DNA of 40,423 nucleotides from a virus (Duplodnaviria; Heunggongvirae; Uroviricota; Caudoviricetes): IMG/VR virus record IMGVR_UViG_2713896906_000007, positions 1 to 40,423 of that record; one strand, 5' to 3'. Shown piece by piece: positions 38,729 to 40,423 of this stretch (position 1 is its first letter; each line of letters starts with the position of its first letter). The notes under the pieces were generated by a model. It saw only the letters and a program-made list of their open reading frames with translations, ran no database searches and was not told where the DNA came from. The position numbers and the translations under genes were made by a program.

Positions 38729-39033
38729 TGACCACTTTTACCGACAAAGAACTGATTAAAGAAATTAAAGAGCGTATCAGCAGCCTTGACGTGCGAGACG
38801 ATATTGAGCGCCGTGCTTATGAAATCGCACTCCTATCTCTGGAAGTAGAACCAGATGAACGCGAAGCTTATGAATTATTCATGGAAAAGCGTTTCGGTGA
38901 CTTAGTAGATCGTCGGAGAGCAAAAAACGGCGATAACGAATACATGGCATGGGATATGACTCTCGGTTGGATCGTCTGGCAGCAACGAGCTGGTATCCAT
39001 TTTTCAACAATGTCACAGCAAGAGGTGAAATAA
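38728..39033 (+). CDS. YfdT-like hypothetical protein
   Basis: 101 aa. ATG overlaps the upstream TAA (TAATG). Confidence 0.55.
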   Translation: MTTFTDKELIKEIKERISSLDVRDDIERRAYEIALLSLEVEPDEREAYELFMEKRFGDLVDRRRAKNGDNEYMAWDMTLGWIVWQQRAGIHFSTMSQQEVK

Positions 39034-39383
39034 TGGAGCCATACAGCCTCACACTCGATGAGGCCTGTCATTTTCTCAAGATATCCAGACCGACTGCCAT
39101 TAACTGGATACGCACAGGGCGTCTTCAGGCAACACGCAAAGATCCCACTAAGAATAAATCTCCTTACCTCACAACACGACAAGCCTGCATTGCGGCTCTT
39201 CAGTCTCCGCTGCATACTGTCCAGGTGAGCGCGGGTGATGGCATAACAGAGGAAAGAAAATGTCACTCTTCCGCAGAGGTGAAATATGGTACGCCAGTTT
39301 CACATTGCCGAACGGTAAAAGATTTAAACAGTCTCTTGGAACAAAGGACAAAAGGCAGGCGACAGAACTCCATGACAAGCTAA
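39033..39383 (+). CDS. xis: Excisionase (AlpA/XisE-like HTH)
   Basis: [31 protein letters not shown] is an AlpA-type HTH. ATG overlaps the upstream stop. The frame runs 124 nt into the integrase gene, so the 3' end is uncertain. Confidence 0.55.
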   Translation: MEPYSLTLDEACHFLKISRPTAINWIRTGRLQATRKDPTKNKSPYLTTRQACIAALQSPLHTVQVSAGDGITEERKCHSSAEVKYGTPVSHCRTVKDLNSLLEQRTKGRRQNSMTS

Positions 39384-40423
39384 AGGCTGAAGCATGGCGG
39401 GTCAGCAAACTTGGTGAAATACCTGATATAACGTTCGAGGAAGCGTGTGTCAGGTGGCTTGAAGAGAAAGCACATAAAAAATCACTGGACGATGACAAAA
39501 GCCGGATCGGATTCTGGCTTCAACATTTCGCAGGAATGCAACTAAGAGACATTACTGAATCAAAAATTTATTCAGCAATGCAGAAAATGACGAACCGGCG
39601 TCATGAGGAAAACTGGAAACTCAGGGCAGAAGCATGCAGAAAAAAAGGGAAACCTGTTCCAGAATACACGCCAAAACCAGCGTCCGTTGCAACGAAGGCT
39701 ACGCATCTTTCATTTATAAAGGCCCTACTAAGAGCCGCAGAGCGTGAATGGAAAATGCTGGATAAGGCACCAATTATTAAAGTGCCTCAACCAAAGAATA
39801 AACGGATCCGCTGGCTGGAGCCCCATGAAGCACAAAGGCTGATTGATGAATGTCCGGAGCCATTAAAGTCTGTTGTTGAATTTGCACTGGCAACAGGCTT
39901 AAGACGCTCGAACATCATCAACCTTGAATGGCAACAAATAGATATGCAGCGCCGGGTGGCATGGATAAACCCGGAAGAGAGTAAATCAAACCGCGCAATT
40001 GGCGTTGCGCTGAATGATACTGCATGTCGCGTATTGAAAAAACAAATCGGGAATCATCACCGTTGGGTATTTGTGTACAAGGAAAGCTGTACCAAACCAG
40101 ACGGAACGAAAGCACCAACAGTAAGGAAGATGCGGTATGACGCAAACACAGCCTGGAAAGCGGCGCTGAGACGGGCTGGTATTGATGATTTCAGATTTCA
40201 CGACTTGAGACACACCTGGGCAAGTTGGCTGGTTCAAGCCGGAGTCCCGTTGTCAGTGTTACAGGAAATGGGAGGCTGGGAGTCTATCGAAATGGTTCGT
40301 CGATATGCTCACCTTGCACCTAATCACCTTACCGAACACGCACGGCAAATAGACTCAATCCTGAACCCATCGGTCCCAAATTTGTCCCAGTCAAAAAATA
40401 AGGAAGGTACTAATGATGTGTAA
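39260..40423 (+). CDS. int: Tyrosine integrase (e14 IntE-like)
   Basis: [41 protein letters not shown]... matches IntE as recalled. C-terminal catalytic region contains HDLRHTWAS and VRRYAHL. Stop codon is the last 3 nt of the window. Confidence 0.9.
   Translation: MSLFRRGEIWYASFTLPNGKRFKQSLGTKDKRQATELHDKLKAEAWRVSKLGEIPDITFEEACVRWLEEKAHKKSLDDDKSRIGFWLQHFAGMQLRDITESKIYSAMQKMTNRRHEENWKLRAEACRKKGKPVPEYTPKPASVATKATHLSFIKALLRAAEREWKMLDKAPIIKVPQPKNKRIRWLEPHEAQRLIDECPEPLKSVVEFALATGLRRSNIINLEWQQIDMQRRVAWINPEESKSNRAIGVALNDTACRVLKKQIGNHHRWVFVYKESCTKPDGTKAPTVRKMRYDANTAWKAALRRAGIDDFRFHDLRHTWASWLVQAGVPLSVLQEMGGWESIEMVRRYAHLAPNHLTEHARQIDSILNPSVPNLSQSKNKEGTNDV

Overview
The window is almost entirely one complete, mosaic temperate prophage of the e14 type, with no rRNA, tRNA or CRISPR array. 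Late genes are on the minus strand and the early-left operon plus xis-int on the plus strand. Reading left to right: (1) a 2.5 kb AT-rich cargo region with an HNH-like Cys-motif protein and a PIN + transmembrane protein, in the slot where K-12 e14 carries mcrA; (2) the Pin DNA invertase and a ~1.9 kb invertible tail-fibre segment; (3) a Mu-like baseplate, tape measure, tube and sheath module, interrupted by a small PH-domain moron with its own terminator; (4) an HK97-like head module, terminase and HNH; (5) a phage-21-like lysis cassette; (6) a moron island between Q and the holin (AraC-family regulator, DUF523/DUF1722 protein, Blc lipocalin); (7) Q, DUF968, KilA-N, RusA, a LexA-like protein and an adenine methyltransferase; (8) a replication initiator with internal iteron-like repeats; (9) a cII-like/cro/cI immunity region with TTGC-N7-GCAA operator repeats; (10) CPS-53-like yfdP-yfdT-type early genes, excisionase and an IntE-like integrase that ends at the window edge. 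All family assignments are from motif recognition and recalled homology, not from searches. The best candidates for something undescribed are the cargo at 1-2500, the PH-domain moron at 10569-10946 and the 202-aa moron at 23336-23944.
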